A stretch of DNA of 32,621 bases from Promethearchaeota archaeon. Its GTDB lineage: Archaea; Asgardarchaeota; Lokiarchaeia; Sigyniarchaeales; SOKP01. How positions within the stretch are numbered: the stretch's first letter is position 1; each line of letters begins with the position of its first letter. The notes beneath the pieces were generated by a model. It searched no databases and was not told the DNA's origin. It saw only the letters and a program-made list of their open reading frames with translations. This document shows, piece by piece, positions 1-9,614 of this stretch. Position numbers and translations under genes: made by a program. The stretch covers positions 1 through 32,621 of the forward strand of contig JAEOTP010000044.1 of NCBI GenBank assembly GCA_016839765.1, written 5' to 3'.

Positions 1-300
1 ATATTCAATGAAATTAAGTTTTTTCATCTAACAACTAATTTGAGAAATATTATCTAATACATATTTACTCTTATTTAACACCGTTTAATTATGATCAAAA
101 TCTTGGAATGAAACCAAATTTTTATTTAAAATGCAAAAATTAATGGAATTAACTCAAGAACTCTCATCCACACTATATTAGAATATCATTTATCATTATT
201 TAAATATGAATAGTGTCTATTATTAATTAAAGAAAAACTTTACCAAAAATAAATAAGGAAATTAATCAAAATATAAAACCAGTAAAGGAGGTATAGAATT

Positions 301-756
301 ATGAGTAAACAAGAAAAAAAGGCAAAAAAAGTACAATTAACGCTTGATAATATGAAAGCAGGTATGACTATGAAAGATTTACACGGTAAGGACGTACAAA
401 TAGACGATGACTTAATAGAGCAGATGAGAAGATATGAGCAAGAATCAAATAAAAATGCTATTTGGAAAAACAAGATTACAGGACATTTCATTCATTACAA
501 GTGGATTGAAGAACATCCAGAGTATTTAGTAGAAAAAGAGAAATCCAAAGCTGAAAGAATGGAGAAAAGGAGAAAAGCAAGAGAAAGCAAGAAAGAAAAT
601 AAAGTAGAAACCGAAATTGAAAAAGAAATGATAGACGAAGAAAATTTAATGCTTGATTGTATAGCCGATTATCAGAAAGAATTTGGAGTTAAAAAAGTAA
701 ACACCAATACGAAGAAATTCAAAGCCTTTTTCGAAGAATGGAAAAATTCTAATTAA
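301..756 (+). CDS. Hypothetical Lys/Glu-rich protein with two copies of a short Y-x-x-E...T-x-x-F motif
   Basis: 151-aa ORF; GGAGGT Shine-Dalgarno-like motif just upstream of the ATG; T-rich tract after the stop. Confidence 0.8.
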   Translation: MSKQEKKAKKVQLTLDNMKAGMTMKDLHGKDVQIDDDLIEQMRRYEQESNKNAIWKNKITGHFIHYKWIEEHPEYLVEKEKSKAERMEKRRKARESKKENKVETEIEKEMIDEENLMLDCIADYQKEFGVKKVNTNTKKFKAFFEEWKNSN

Positions 757-802
757 TTTTTTTTCTTCTGTAAAAATTATTTAAAAATTACTTTTAATTG
801 TG

Positions 803-825
803 AGCGTTGTTTTTTAAACAACGCT
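803..825. promoter_or_regulatory. Perfect 10-bp inverted repeat AGCGTTGTTT-ttt-AAACAACGCT (operator or hairpin)
   Basis: Arms at 803-812 and 816-825 are exact reverse complements; about 50 nt upstream of ORF 874; function inferred. Confidence 0.55.
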
Positions 826-873
826 AAATATTATTTATTTAAAGACAATAATAATATCTTCAATGAAAAAATT

Positions 874-2601
874 ATGAAAAATCCTGAGAATATTGATAAT
901 ATGTTATATCAATATAATGTAGGAGTAAGAGAAATTATACAAAGTGTAAGAGTTTCTGATGAAATAGCTTTAGGTATTTATAATAGAACTGAGCGTTACC
1001 TTCAGTCATCAAATGAGGAAAAAATTTATGACGATCGTGCAAATCTGTTAGAATATATTAATAATTGGTTAACTGATGGTGTTTTAGTCAGAAAAGAATT
1101 AAAAAAATTTTTTGATTCAATTGTTAAATATTTTAGAACTAAATCTGCTGAAGTGAGTAGAAACATTATTGCTTTTTTCTCAAAAGAAAAAGAATTGTTT
1201 CTAATTCACACAAGAGAAGATGTAAGAATAATTAATGTAACCTTCGATGAGATTGTAACAGTTGGTTTAAGTAAAGAAAATATTCTAAGAGCTTTTAAAT
1301 TTTATTTTTCAGATGAATTAAATGAAATAGCGCTCAGATATAGAGAAAAACATAGAGCAAAAGTACTTTTGCGACTTTTTAACATCGAGAGCATTACATT
1401 TGATTATTCATCTATAATAAGGATAAGTTGTACAAATTCTAATCGAAATATGACTTATCAAATAAGTTTATCACCCATGAGATTTATGGAATATTATAAG
1501 GATGGTGTTATTGAAATTAATCCTACTAACCAAACTATTATACCACCACAGGAATTGATGGATATTGTATCATTAAAGGTCAAAAATAAGACTTTTAGTA
1601 AAAAAAATATTAGCGATTTTTTAACAGCAATTAAAAAAGAGTTTGATAATCCTATTATTGAGAAGATTGAAGAATATCTCACAGAGTATAAAGCAAAAAG
1701 GATTGAGTTAAAAATTGATTTAGAAAAATATGGTTTAGAGAGGTTTATTACTGAAGAATCTCAAGATTATAAAATTATAGAGCATTCAGAGAGAATTGAA
1801 TTTATAGTAAATGAAAAACATGAATTTATAGCTAAACCAAGAGTAGATTGGGGTACTCTAATTATGTTAGATGAAGATATTAATTTATCAAATAAATTTT
1901 TAGAGTCTTTGGAATATGAGATTTTAAAAGGATCAAGTATAAGGAGAATCAATTTTGTGCAATTAATGTATATGCCAGAACCCCTAAAAATTGGAAATTT
2001 TTTAATATTTAATTTATCTGATTTAAAATATTCAACAAATTTGATACAAATATTACAAAATGAATTTGAAACAAAATATGATCCTTCTTATAAAGTAATT
2101 ACTTTATTAATTCAGCTTAGTCTCTTAAAAACATCCGATATTTTCCAATATGAGTATTTAGCTGATAATTTAATTAAAAAAATAATTAGTAAAGAAAGAA
2201 TTATATTAAATCGTGGTATTGAAGAGGACTTTATTTTAGAATTCAAAGGTGGGGAATTTTTTAATACTCATAGTAGACAAGATGAAATAGCACACTATAT
2301 TACTGAAAAAATCCAACCAAAATTAACTAATTCTAATATTGTGGCAATTATATTTGGTTATGATGAAGTTTCTGATACAATTCAACCAATTAGTTATAAT
2401 AATTATAAAAACGAAGAAAGAGATGAATTACAACAAAAAATAAAAGAAATTCTAAGAGAGGAATATACTTTCAATGTGGAACATTTAATTATCAACATAT
2501 ATCTACTTAATCAAAATGAAGAAGAAGGTTTACTTTTGGTAGTTTCTGGTAATTCTGCTATAGATAATGGAGTGTATTTAGAGTCATTATTTACTCAATA
2601 G
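874..2601 (+). CDS. Uncharacterised N-terminal region fused to C-terminal Schlafen/AlbA_2-like domain
   Basis: 575-aa ORF; E-x4-EFK motif (IEEDFILEFKG, aa ~449-459) followed by a helix and VAIIFGYDE, matching the Schlafen AlbA_2 pattern. Confidence 0.6.
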   Translation: MKNPENIDNMLYQYNVGVREIIQSVRVSDEIALGIYNRTERYLQSSNEEKIYDDRANLLEYINNWLTDGVLVRKELKKFFDSIVKYFRTKSAEVSRNIIAFFSKEKELFLIHTREDVRIINVTFDEIVTVGLSKENILRAFKFYFSDELNEIALRYREKHRAKVLLRLFNIESITFDYSSIIRISCTNSNRNMTYQISLSPMRFMEYYKDGVIEINPTNQTIIPPQELMDIVSLKVKNKTFSKKNISDFLTAIKKEFDNPIIEKIEEYLTEYKAKRIELKIDLEKYGLERFITEESQDYKIIEHSERIEFIVNEKHEFIAKPRVDWGTLIMLDEDINLSNKFLESLEYEILKGSSIRRINFVQLMYMPEPLKIGNFLIFNLSDLKYSTNLIQILQNEFETKYDPSYKVITLLIQLSLLKTSDIFQYEYLADNLIKKIISKERIILNRGIEEDFILEFKGGEFFNTHSRQDEIAHYITEKIQPKLTNSNIVAIIFGYDEVSDTIQPISYNNYKNEERDELQQKIKEILREEYTFNVEHLIINIYLLNQNEEEGLLLVVSGNSAIDNGVYLESLFTQ

Positions 2602-3041
2602 ATTTAATTCCTCTTTCTTATTACTGGCTCTATTAGAATACCTTATTTATTTTGGAGGAAAAATGATACTGTGTTTATTTGCTATCTTTTTTGTATCCAG
2701 AATTAAAGATTGATAATTATAAATAAAAATATTATCTATCATTAAAATTGCGATCAAGTTTAATTCTATAATTTTTGAGAAGTAAATTATGAAATCTAAT
2801 TGGAAATTATTTATTTTTGCCGAAACGGAATTTTTTGAATCATCAAATTTTAAAAAATAAAATCATTTTATCTCAAAGAAAAAGTATGATTTGATTTTTA
2901 TTAACATTCAAAAACTTGAGTAATTTTTAACTTCAAAAAAATATTATATTATTTCAATTATAAAATTTGGATTATTATATTAATTTGGTGGCACAAAACA
3001 ATAATTATTTCTGGTACGTCATCGAAACTTTTAATAAATTA

Positions 3042-3830
3042 ATGAAAGCTGCAATTAAGGGTCCTGATTGTACTAATCCTAATAATTGTAATGGTGCTTG
3101 TTGTTCTATAAAAATTGATGTTCCTAAAGTCTTAGCAGAGGAATATATTAAAAGAAATTATGCGACTAAGGATGATTTTATTAGAAGTAATGTTTTCTCG
3201 TTTGAGTTAAGATTTGATAATAAAACTGGAAAATGTTTTTTATTCGATAAAGAATTAAATGGATGTAAGGTTCATAAGTCTGGAATAAAGCCACCTCAGT
3301 GTTGGATTTATCCTACTAAATTTTCAAATCCAAGAAAGGAGTTAATTAGTTGCAAGGAACTATCAGGTTGGGAGATCAAAACTCCTCTGGATGCTTTAAA
3401 GGCGGAAAAGTTATTAGAAAAATACAATTTCTTATGTAAAGTTGAAGCTAAAAGAGAAATAAAAGAAATAAAAAAACGATTAGGCAATAACTTTTTACTT
3501 GAAAATATTGAAATTTTGAAGCAATCAATAAAAACTACTGCACCAAGTAAGTTAGGAGGTATTATAGACAAATGGGATAGTTTTGATATTCTCCTAGCTG
3601 AAGGCTTTTCCTTACAAATGAAAAAATTTTGTCTTAAACATAATAAGGATTGCAAATATCTTCCAAGTAACTTCATAGAATGTAATTCTATATGCAATAC
3701 AATTGCAGACCAATTAATTTTATACCTACAACTTAATCTACCTAACTTTATAAAACAAGAGGGATCTGATGTCAATGGTGAATATCCGCTGTTTAAAATA
3801 TTTAAAAGTTCAAAAATCGTGAATATTTAA
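3042..3830 (+). CDS. YkgJ/CxxCxxCC family Fe-S/Zn cysteine-cluster protein
   Basis: C-x5-C-x3-CC (CTNPNNCNGACC), CFLF...CKVH...KPPQCWIYP motifs; ATG at 3042 preferred over TTG at 2967. Confidence 0.75.
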   Translation: MKAAIKGPDCTNPNNCNGACCSIKIDVPKVLAEEYIKRNYATKDDFIRSNVFSFELRFDNKTGKCFLFDKELNGCKVHKSGIKPPQCWIYPTKFSNPRKELISCKELSGWEIKTPLDALKAEKLLEKYNFLCKVEAKREIKEIKKRLGNNFLLENIEILKQSIKTTAPSKLGGIIDKWDSFDILLAEGFSLQMKKFCLKHNKDCKYLPSNFIECNSICNTIADQLILYLQLNLPNFIKQEGSDVNGEYPLFKIFKSSKIVNI

Positions 3831-3899
3831 TAAGCACTATCAATCTATGGTTTTTGTCGGCAAAAAATTAAGATTTAATTCAAATTTTTTATTAGATAC

Positions 3900-3921
3900 A
3901 TGGGCATATTATGGGCATATT
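3900..3921. repeat. Tandem 11-bp direct repeat ATGGGCATATT x2
   Basis: Exact copies at 3900-3910 and 3911-3921 in the intergenic region upstream of ORF 4011. Confidence 0.8.
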
Positions 3922-4010
3922 ACATATTTTTATGATGGTTGGCGAGAATTATACAAATAACATTTAAATAGTACATAAACGATCTATTTAAGTAAAAAAT
4001 TCGTGATTTC

Positions 4011-4379
4011 ATGATAATAGGAGATATCCCTTTAGCTGAATTAGCAGAGAAAGTATTCTCTGAAAAATATAAGTATGTTAATAATCCTCAAAAGTTAAAA
4101 GGCCAATCAGGAAAATTTTGGGACTTCAATGCTGTTGTAGATAACGGAAAATATGGAAAGTATGGAATATTCATTCGTGATTGGAAAAGGGAAATCTCTA
4201 TAACCCAATTACGGCAACTTCATAAGGCTTGCATTGATATTCCTGAAATTGAGGGCGGTATTATGGTTTGTAATATCGCAACTGATTTTGCCCGAGATTA
4301 TTCTACTCAATTTGGAATTCAGCTCCTCAGCAGAGGCCACTTAGTATCAAAATTAAGAAATCGAGAATTTCAGTTTTAG
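4011..4379 (+). CDS. Stand-alone Mrr_cat-like restriction-endonuclease-fold protein, probably catalytically degenerate
   Basis: LKGQSGKFWDFNAVV ... IFIRDWKREISITQLRQL ... GGIMV ... ARDYSTQFGIQLL follows the Mrr_cat layout; expected D and (E/Q)xK residues replaced. Confidence 0.65.
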   Translation: MIIGDIPLAELAEKVFSEKYKYVNNPQKLKGQSGKFWDFNAVVDNGKYGKYGIFIRDWKREISITQLRQLHKACIDIPEIEGGIMVCNIATDFARDYSTQFGIQLLSRGHLVSKLRNREFQF

Positions 4380-4562
4380 AATAAACTCTTTTTTAACAAA
4401 TTTACGCAATTTCTAAATGCCACAATAATGTGATTATTAAATTGTTTATAGTATTAGACTGGAAAAAGTAATATTTTCTAACTTAAACCCAATAATAAAC
4501 TTCTTTAATTTTAGAATATATTTACTTCAAAATAATTTCTTTAATTGCAATGGTGAATTTTA

Positions 4563-5747
4563 TTGGTTTCTCGGAGAGTAAACGATATTGAATATGCAAT
4601 AAGGGATATTGCTTTAATCGCAAATGAAGTTAAAAAGAGTGGGAAAGAGGTTCTTTCTCTAAATATAGGGGATCCTGTATTATATGATTTTAAAACTCCA
4701 GATTTTATTTCTAATGCACTTGCAAAAGCTAGTTTGGATGGAAAGAATTTTTATGCTGATTCATTAGGTGTATTAGAATTAAGAGAAGAAATTAGTAAAT
4801 ATCTAACCAATAGACACAATCTTGAAATAAAAAGTGATAGTATTGTTATTACTACAGGCGTAACGGAAGCAATCTATTTTCTCTTAGCAGCTTTGATTGA
4901 GAAAAATGATGAGTTTCTTATACCTGGTCCAACTTATCCTTTATATATTAATAATACGAAATTTTATGATGGAATACCTGTAGAATATGAACTAGATGAG
5001 AAAGATGATTGGGATCCTAATATAGATGACTTAAGAAAGAAAATTACTGAAAAAACTAAAGGTATTTTAATATGTTCTCCAAATAATCCTACTGGAGTAT
5101 TATATAGTGAAAAGAGAGTAAAAGAAATCATTGATTTAGCAGGTGAATTTAACTTACCTATTTTATCTGATGAAATTTATGAACAAATAACTTATGAAAG
5201 AGATTTTGTATGTCCAGCTTCTCTAAGTAAAGATGTACCAATAGTAGGTATGAATGGTTTTTCTAAAGCACATCTCATGACAGGTTGGAGGTTGGGCTAT
5301 ATTTATTATCATGATCCAGAAAATAAATTATCTGAATTAAAAGAAGGAATTGCTAAGATGGCAAGAGCTCGTCTTTCTGCTAGCACTATTGCTCAATATG
5401 CAGCAATTGAAATTTTTAAAACAAAAAGTAATCATACACGGGAAATGGTTAATAAATTAAGAGAAAGACGTGATTACTCATATAAGAGATTGAGACAAAT
5501 TGAAGGGATTAATTGTGTTAATGCTAGTGGCGCTTTTTATTTATTTCCTAAAATAGAACTTGAGGAATTCAATAAGTGGAAAGATGATAAAGAATTTGCC
5601 ATCGGTTTACTTAAAGAAAAAGGGGTTTGTAGTGTTTTTGGTTCGGGATTTGGAGAATTTGGAAGAGATCATATTAGATTAACCTTTTTACCTAATGTGG
5701 AAATCCTTGAGAAAGTATTTAATCACATTGAAGATTACTTAAAGTAA
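4563..5747 (+). CDS. Class I/II PLP-dependent aminotransferase (alanine/aspartate aminotransferase-like)
   Basis: LNIGDP, SPNNPTG, SDEIY, GFSKAHLMTGWRLGY (PLP lysine); TTG start with GGTGA SD-like motif. Confidence 0.93.
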   Translation: MVSRRVNDIEYAIRDIALIANEVKKSGKEVLSLNIGDPVLYDFKTPDFISNALAKASLDGKNFYADSLGVLELREEISKYLTNRHNLEIKSDSIVITTGVTEAIYFLLAALIEKNDEFLIPGPTYPLYINNTKFYDGIPVEYELDEKDDWDPNIDDLRKKITEKTKGILICSPNNPTGVLYSEKRVKEIIDLAGEFNLPILSDEIYEQITYERDFVCPASLSKDVPIVGMNGFSKAHLMTGWRLGYIYYHDPENKLSELKEGIAKMARARLSASTIAQYAAIEIFKTKSNHTREMVNKLRERRDYSYKRLRQIEGINCVNASGAFYLFPKIELEEFNKWKDDKEFAIGLLKEKGVCSVFGSGFGEFGRDHIRLTFLPNVEILEKVFNHIEDYLK

Positions 5748-5750
5748 AAG

Positions 5751-6278
5751 TCAGACTCTATTATCCAAAGCTATTCCACAATTAAAACAATATCTTTTCA
5801 AAACATCTGGATAATGAAATTTCTTAGTATTAATATAACGTTTTAAACTTCTATTTAAATTAGTATAAATATCTGAAAACATATAATTCTCTATAGACAT
5901 CAACTTTAATTTAGCCTTTTTGTATAACTTGATTTTTTCCTTTTTTCTTTTCAAATAATTTTTTCCATGGAAGCCCCAGTACTCGATATAAATGTTATAA
6001 TCTGGCAGATACCAGTCACATTTGACTTGGTTTTTCAGGATCTTTATTTTCTTTTCATAGATATGGTTAAAACCAAGGATATACAAGTAATTATCAATGA
6101 TTAATTCACCCTTAGATCTTACGACATGACCATCAAGAGTTTTAAATTTTGATATTGAGTCTTCTTTTCGAGATTTCTCATTCTTTTTTATGATTTTTTT
6201 TACACTATAATAAACTAATATAAAAATTAATACGAGAATTATTCCGACAAAAATGAAATAACCCCAAATACTATTCAT
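5751..6278 (-). CDS. Membrane-anchored PD-(D/E)xK-like nuclease-fold protein with terminal CxxC
   Basis: N-terminal hydrophobic helix; DGHVVRSKGELIIDNYL...CDWYL...IYIEYWG motifs; C-terminal CFNC. Confidence 0.6.
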   Translation of the reverse strand: MNSIWGYFIFVGIILVLIFILVYYSVKKIIKKNEKSRKEDSISKFKTLDGHVVRSKGELIIDNYLYILGFNHIYEKKIKILKNQVKCDWYLPDYNIYIEYWGFHGKNYLKRKKEKIKLYKKAKLKLMSIENYMFSDIYTNLNRSLKRYINTKKFHYPDVLKRYCFNCGIALDNRV

Positions 6279-6485
6279 AAGTCAATTATCCCCTTATATT
6301 GAATTTCAAATGATTTCTATTTTGATCATGGTCTTCCAGTATTTAAATGTAGCGAGTGAGGGTATAGTGATAATTTTTTAGATTTTGCGTTAGAAAACAA
6401 CAATTCTGAAATATAAACGATTATTTCAAATCCATAATAAATAAAGTATTTAGATATTAAATTTAAAAAAATTTGATGATAAGTT

Positions 6486-7514
6486 ATGTTTTATAAAGAA
6501 AAATGTACAGTCTGCGGAGAGTGTTTATCAAATTGTCCTTATTTATCATACTCAGAAGAGAAAGCGAAAATTGAATTTGAAAAATTAATAAATGGCAATG
6601 AATCTCTAGTGACCTCAGAATGTATTACATGTGCTGCTTGTAATATGTTTTGTCCTGAAGGTGCAAATCCTTTCGATTTAATTAATCAAAGGCAAGAAGA
6701 AACGGGTACTTTTAAAACCACAGATGAATGGTTAGGTATGATGAAAATGGCTTCCCGAATGCCATCCAAAGTGATAAAAGGTGATCCTAATAAACCAACT
6801 TTAAGTTTATGTACTGTTGGTGATATATTACCCGGAGTCATTACAGGTCAGTTATTTAAGGGGTTAACAATCCTAAAAGGGGGAGATTATTTCTGTTATT
6901 TTGGATGGATTCATGGAGGGAAACCCAGTGAGGTAGAAAAGAATGCTCAAAAATTTGTAGATAATCTTGCTAAAACTGGTGCAAAAGAGATAATATTATA
7001 CCATGATGATTGTTATGCAATGTTGGCAAGCAAAGTAAAAGAATTTAACATACAATTACCATTTAAACCAATTCATATTATTGAATATTTAAAAGATTAT
7101 GTTATTGAAAACGAAGATCGGGTAGAAAAATTAGATCTCAAAATTGCTTACCAGCAACCATGTGCATCAAGATATAATTTTGATAAAAATAGAGTATTAG
7201 ATGAGCTTCTTGAACTAATTGGAGTTGAAAGAGTAGATAGAAAATATGATAGAGAGAATGCACTTTGTTGTGCTGGTGTTATTGCATCAATGACTAATAA
7301 ATCAAAAGAAGAAGCGAATGAGTGGAAGATGAAAAATATATTTGATGCGAAAGAAAGTGGCGCTGATGGTTTTGTTTTTCTATGCCCAATATGTGTCCTT
7401 AACCTTAGGACCAGAGCTAAAACCCAGGGGATGGAACCATATATACTGAGTAATCTTGTAAGGTTAGCGCTAGGAGAAACATTAACTCATGGAGGAGCAG
7501 GAAAAATATATTAA
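6486..7514 (+). CDS. Fe-S oxidoreductase with ferredoxin and CCG domains (HdrD/GlpC-like)
   Basis: Two CxxCxxCxxxCP motifs; YQQPC...LCCAG...CPIC CCG motif. Confidence 0.88.
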   Translation: MFYKEKCTVCGECLSNCPYLSYSEEKAKIEFEKLINGNESLVTSECITCAACNMFCPEGANPFDLINQRQEETGTFKTTDEWLGMMKMASRMPSKVIKGDPNKPTLSLCTVGDILPGVITGQLFKGLTILKGGDYFCYFGWIHGGKPSEVEKNAQKFVDNLAKTGAKEIILYHDDCYAMLASKVKEFNIQLPFKPIHIIEYLKDYVIENEDRVEKLDLKIAYQQPCASRYNFDKNRVLDELLELIGVERVDRKYDRENALCCAGVIASMTNKSKEEANEWKMKNIFDAKESGADGFVFLCPICVLNLRTRAKTQGMEPYILSNLVRLALGETLTHGGAGKIY

Positions 7515-9613
7515 ACTTGTTCCCTTTTCACTTTTGTCTGATGATTAATTTTTTGGAAGTTGTAGATATCTGTTACAAATGAATCGAGATTTCTATCGTG
7601 AGATATGATAAACATTTGAGTTGTATTGAGTTTCTCAAATATATCTTGCATTTTATTTATTTGTTCTTGGCTAAAACCATCTGTAGGCTCATCTAAAATT
7701 AACAAATCTTTTGTTTTTACTTCCCGATATCTTTCATTGATTATTTTATCTAATGCAAGTCTATATGCCAAAGATAAAGCACTTTTTTCTCCTCCTGATA
7801 GGTCTCTAAATGGTGAGTCATATCCATTTATAATAATAATTGGTTCAAAATCATCCAATCTAATCTCTACTTCTATATTGTCCTCCTCAACTAAGATTCT
7901 AAACCACTCTTTGAAGTGGTCGTTAAATTGTCGCGCACTGGCAGAAATTATTTCTCTTTCAATGTCTCTTATAAGAATTTGAAATTCGTTGGTAATCCAA
8001 CTTCTTAGATTACTTAGATATTCAAGTTTATCTTTAAGGATCTTTCTCTTATTTAGAGCCTTATTTAGCGTTTCTATCTCAGATTTTAATAATTTTAACT
8101 TAGCTTGTTCAATACTTAATTTTTTTTCAATTTCAGATTTTTCTGATTTCACTTTTTTTATGAGTGTTTTTTGAGATACCAATCGAGAATTTAAATTATT
8201 TTCAAATTCTCTGAATTTTTTTAAATCTGTTATATTATATTTTTTTAGTATAGATTTTATTTGTTCTTGATTATTTTCAATTTTATTTTTTAATTGATTA
8301 ATTAGATCTTTTAATTTTGCTTCTCTCTTTCTTTTTTCCTCAATTATTTTTGTTAAAGATTCCTTCTTTGATTGATTAATACTAAAATCTCTTAAATTTT
8401 TTAAATATAATTCAAATTTGCTAATTCTGGAAATAAGGTCTTTAATTTCTTTTGAAAATTGTCCTATTCTTTCATTTATTTCTTTAAGTTCAGAATTAAA
8501 CCTCTCTTTTTCATGTATTTCTTGTCCACATAAGGAACACTTTCCTTCTTTAAGAAGTTTATTGAAATCATTTACTTTTTCATCTAAAATCGCTTTTCCC
8601 TTCTCTTTTTCCGATTGGATTTTTCGAAATTTTCTAATTTGAGTTTCAAGTTGTTCTTCTGTAAAATCACTCTCAAGTTTTATCTTTGGTAAAGTTTTTA
8701 TTTCTTCTTCTGATTTTAAAAATTCATTTTTCAAACTTTGTAAAGATTCGTCATTTTTTTCTTTAGAGAGAGTAGATTCATCAATAATTTGCTGATAATT
8801 ATCTATTTTTACTATTTTTTTTGAATATTCATTTAATTCTGATTGAACTGCCTCAGAATTTCGTTCCCCTATTTCAATTTCCTTTTCCTTATTTTTAACC
8901 ATTTGTTCTATTTCTTTAATTTTTTCTTTTTGCTCATCTTTTTCATTTTCTTTTTCAGGAATCAATAATTCTGGTTCTCCGACAGACTCTAGATAAATTT
9001 TCGTTTCTTTTATCCTGTTGTAAAGGTATTCATTTAAAACACCGACATTCTTAAGGGCAATCTCATATTTTTCTATACCAAAAACTTCTTTTAAGATTTC
9101 AAATCTCTCGTCTGGTCTTGCCTGAAGTATTTCTTTTACCTGTTCTTGGGGCGTATATACAGTATATCGGAATAAGGGAATTTTTTGGGCGTTTTCATAA
9201 CGAGTTATTGAGTAATTTAAAAGTTTCAATATATTTCTTCTCAAATCAGTAGGTGCATATGATATTTCTGAAATATCGTCGCCTAAATATTCAATAATTG
9301 ATCCTTCTTCCTGAGAAATAGTACTTTTTTGATTTTTAATTGTTCTCTTCAAATTCCGTTTGATTGTGTATTTCTTATTGTCAATTGAAAAAGTTAATTC
9401 TACTGATCCTCTATTTTCACCTCTTCTTAGTAACGAATCACCACTTAAATCAGCTGCAGTTAAAGTCCCAAATAATCCAAATTCTATTGCTTTTAAAACT
9501 GAAGATTTACCACTTCCGATATCTCCATAGAAAAGCATCGTTGAAGCAGGGAATGCTAATTCTAAGTGTTTTATGCTTCTGATATTCTCGAGTTTCACAG
9601 ATTCAATAATCAT
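7511..9613 (-). CDS. rad50: DNA double-strand break repair ATPase Rad50 (SbcC/SMC family)
   Basis: Walker A GDIGSGKS, Q-loop YTPQ, coiled coils, Zn-hook CSLC, signature LSGGE, Walker B LILDEPT, H-loop ISHD; start at 9613 or 9622. Confidence 0.95.
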   Translation of the reverse strand: MIIESVKLENIRSIKHLELAFPASTMLFYGDIGSGKSSVLKAIEFGLFGTLTAADLSGDSLLRRGENRGSVELTFSIDNKKYTIKRNLKRTIKNQKSTISQEEGSIIEYLGDDISEISYAPTDLRRNILKLLNYSITRYENAQKIPLFRYTVYTPQEQVKEILQARPDERFEILKEVFGIEKYEIALKNVGVLNEYLYNRIKETKIYLESVGEPELLIPEKENEKDEQKEKIKEIEQMVKNKEKEIEIGERNSEAVQSELNEYSKKIVKIDNYQQIIDESTLSKEKNDESLQSLKNEFLKSEEEIKTLPKIKLESDFTEEQLETQIRKFRKIQSEKEKGKAILDEKVNDFNKLLKEGKCSLCGQEIHEKERFNSELKEINERIGQFSKEIKDLISRISKFELYLKNLRDFSINQSKKESLTKIIEEKRKREAKLKDLINQLKNKIENNQEQIKSILKKYNITDLKKFREFENNLNSRLVSQKTLIKKVKSEKSEIEKKLSIEQAKLKLLKSEIETLNKALNKRKILKDKLEYLSNLRSWITNEFQILIRDIEREIISASARQFNDHFKEWFRILVEEDNIEVEIRLDDFEPIIIINGYDSPFRDLSGGEKSALSLAYRLALDKIINERYREVKTKDLLILDEPTDGFSQEQINKMQDIFEKLNTTQMFIISHDRNLDSFVTDIYNFQKINHQTKVKREQV

Positions 9614-9614
9614 A

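Noticed and set aside
1-27. Possible start of a minus-strand CDS (MKKLNFIEY...) running off the left edge
   Set aside because: Only nine codons visible; cannot be supported
2602-3041. Long intergenic tract as possible ncRNA, CRISPR or pseudogene
   Set aside because: Extremely AT-rich with no regular repeats, stable GC stems or recognisable coding remnants by eye
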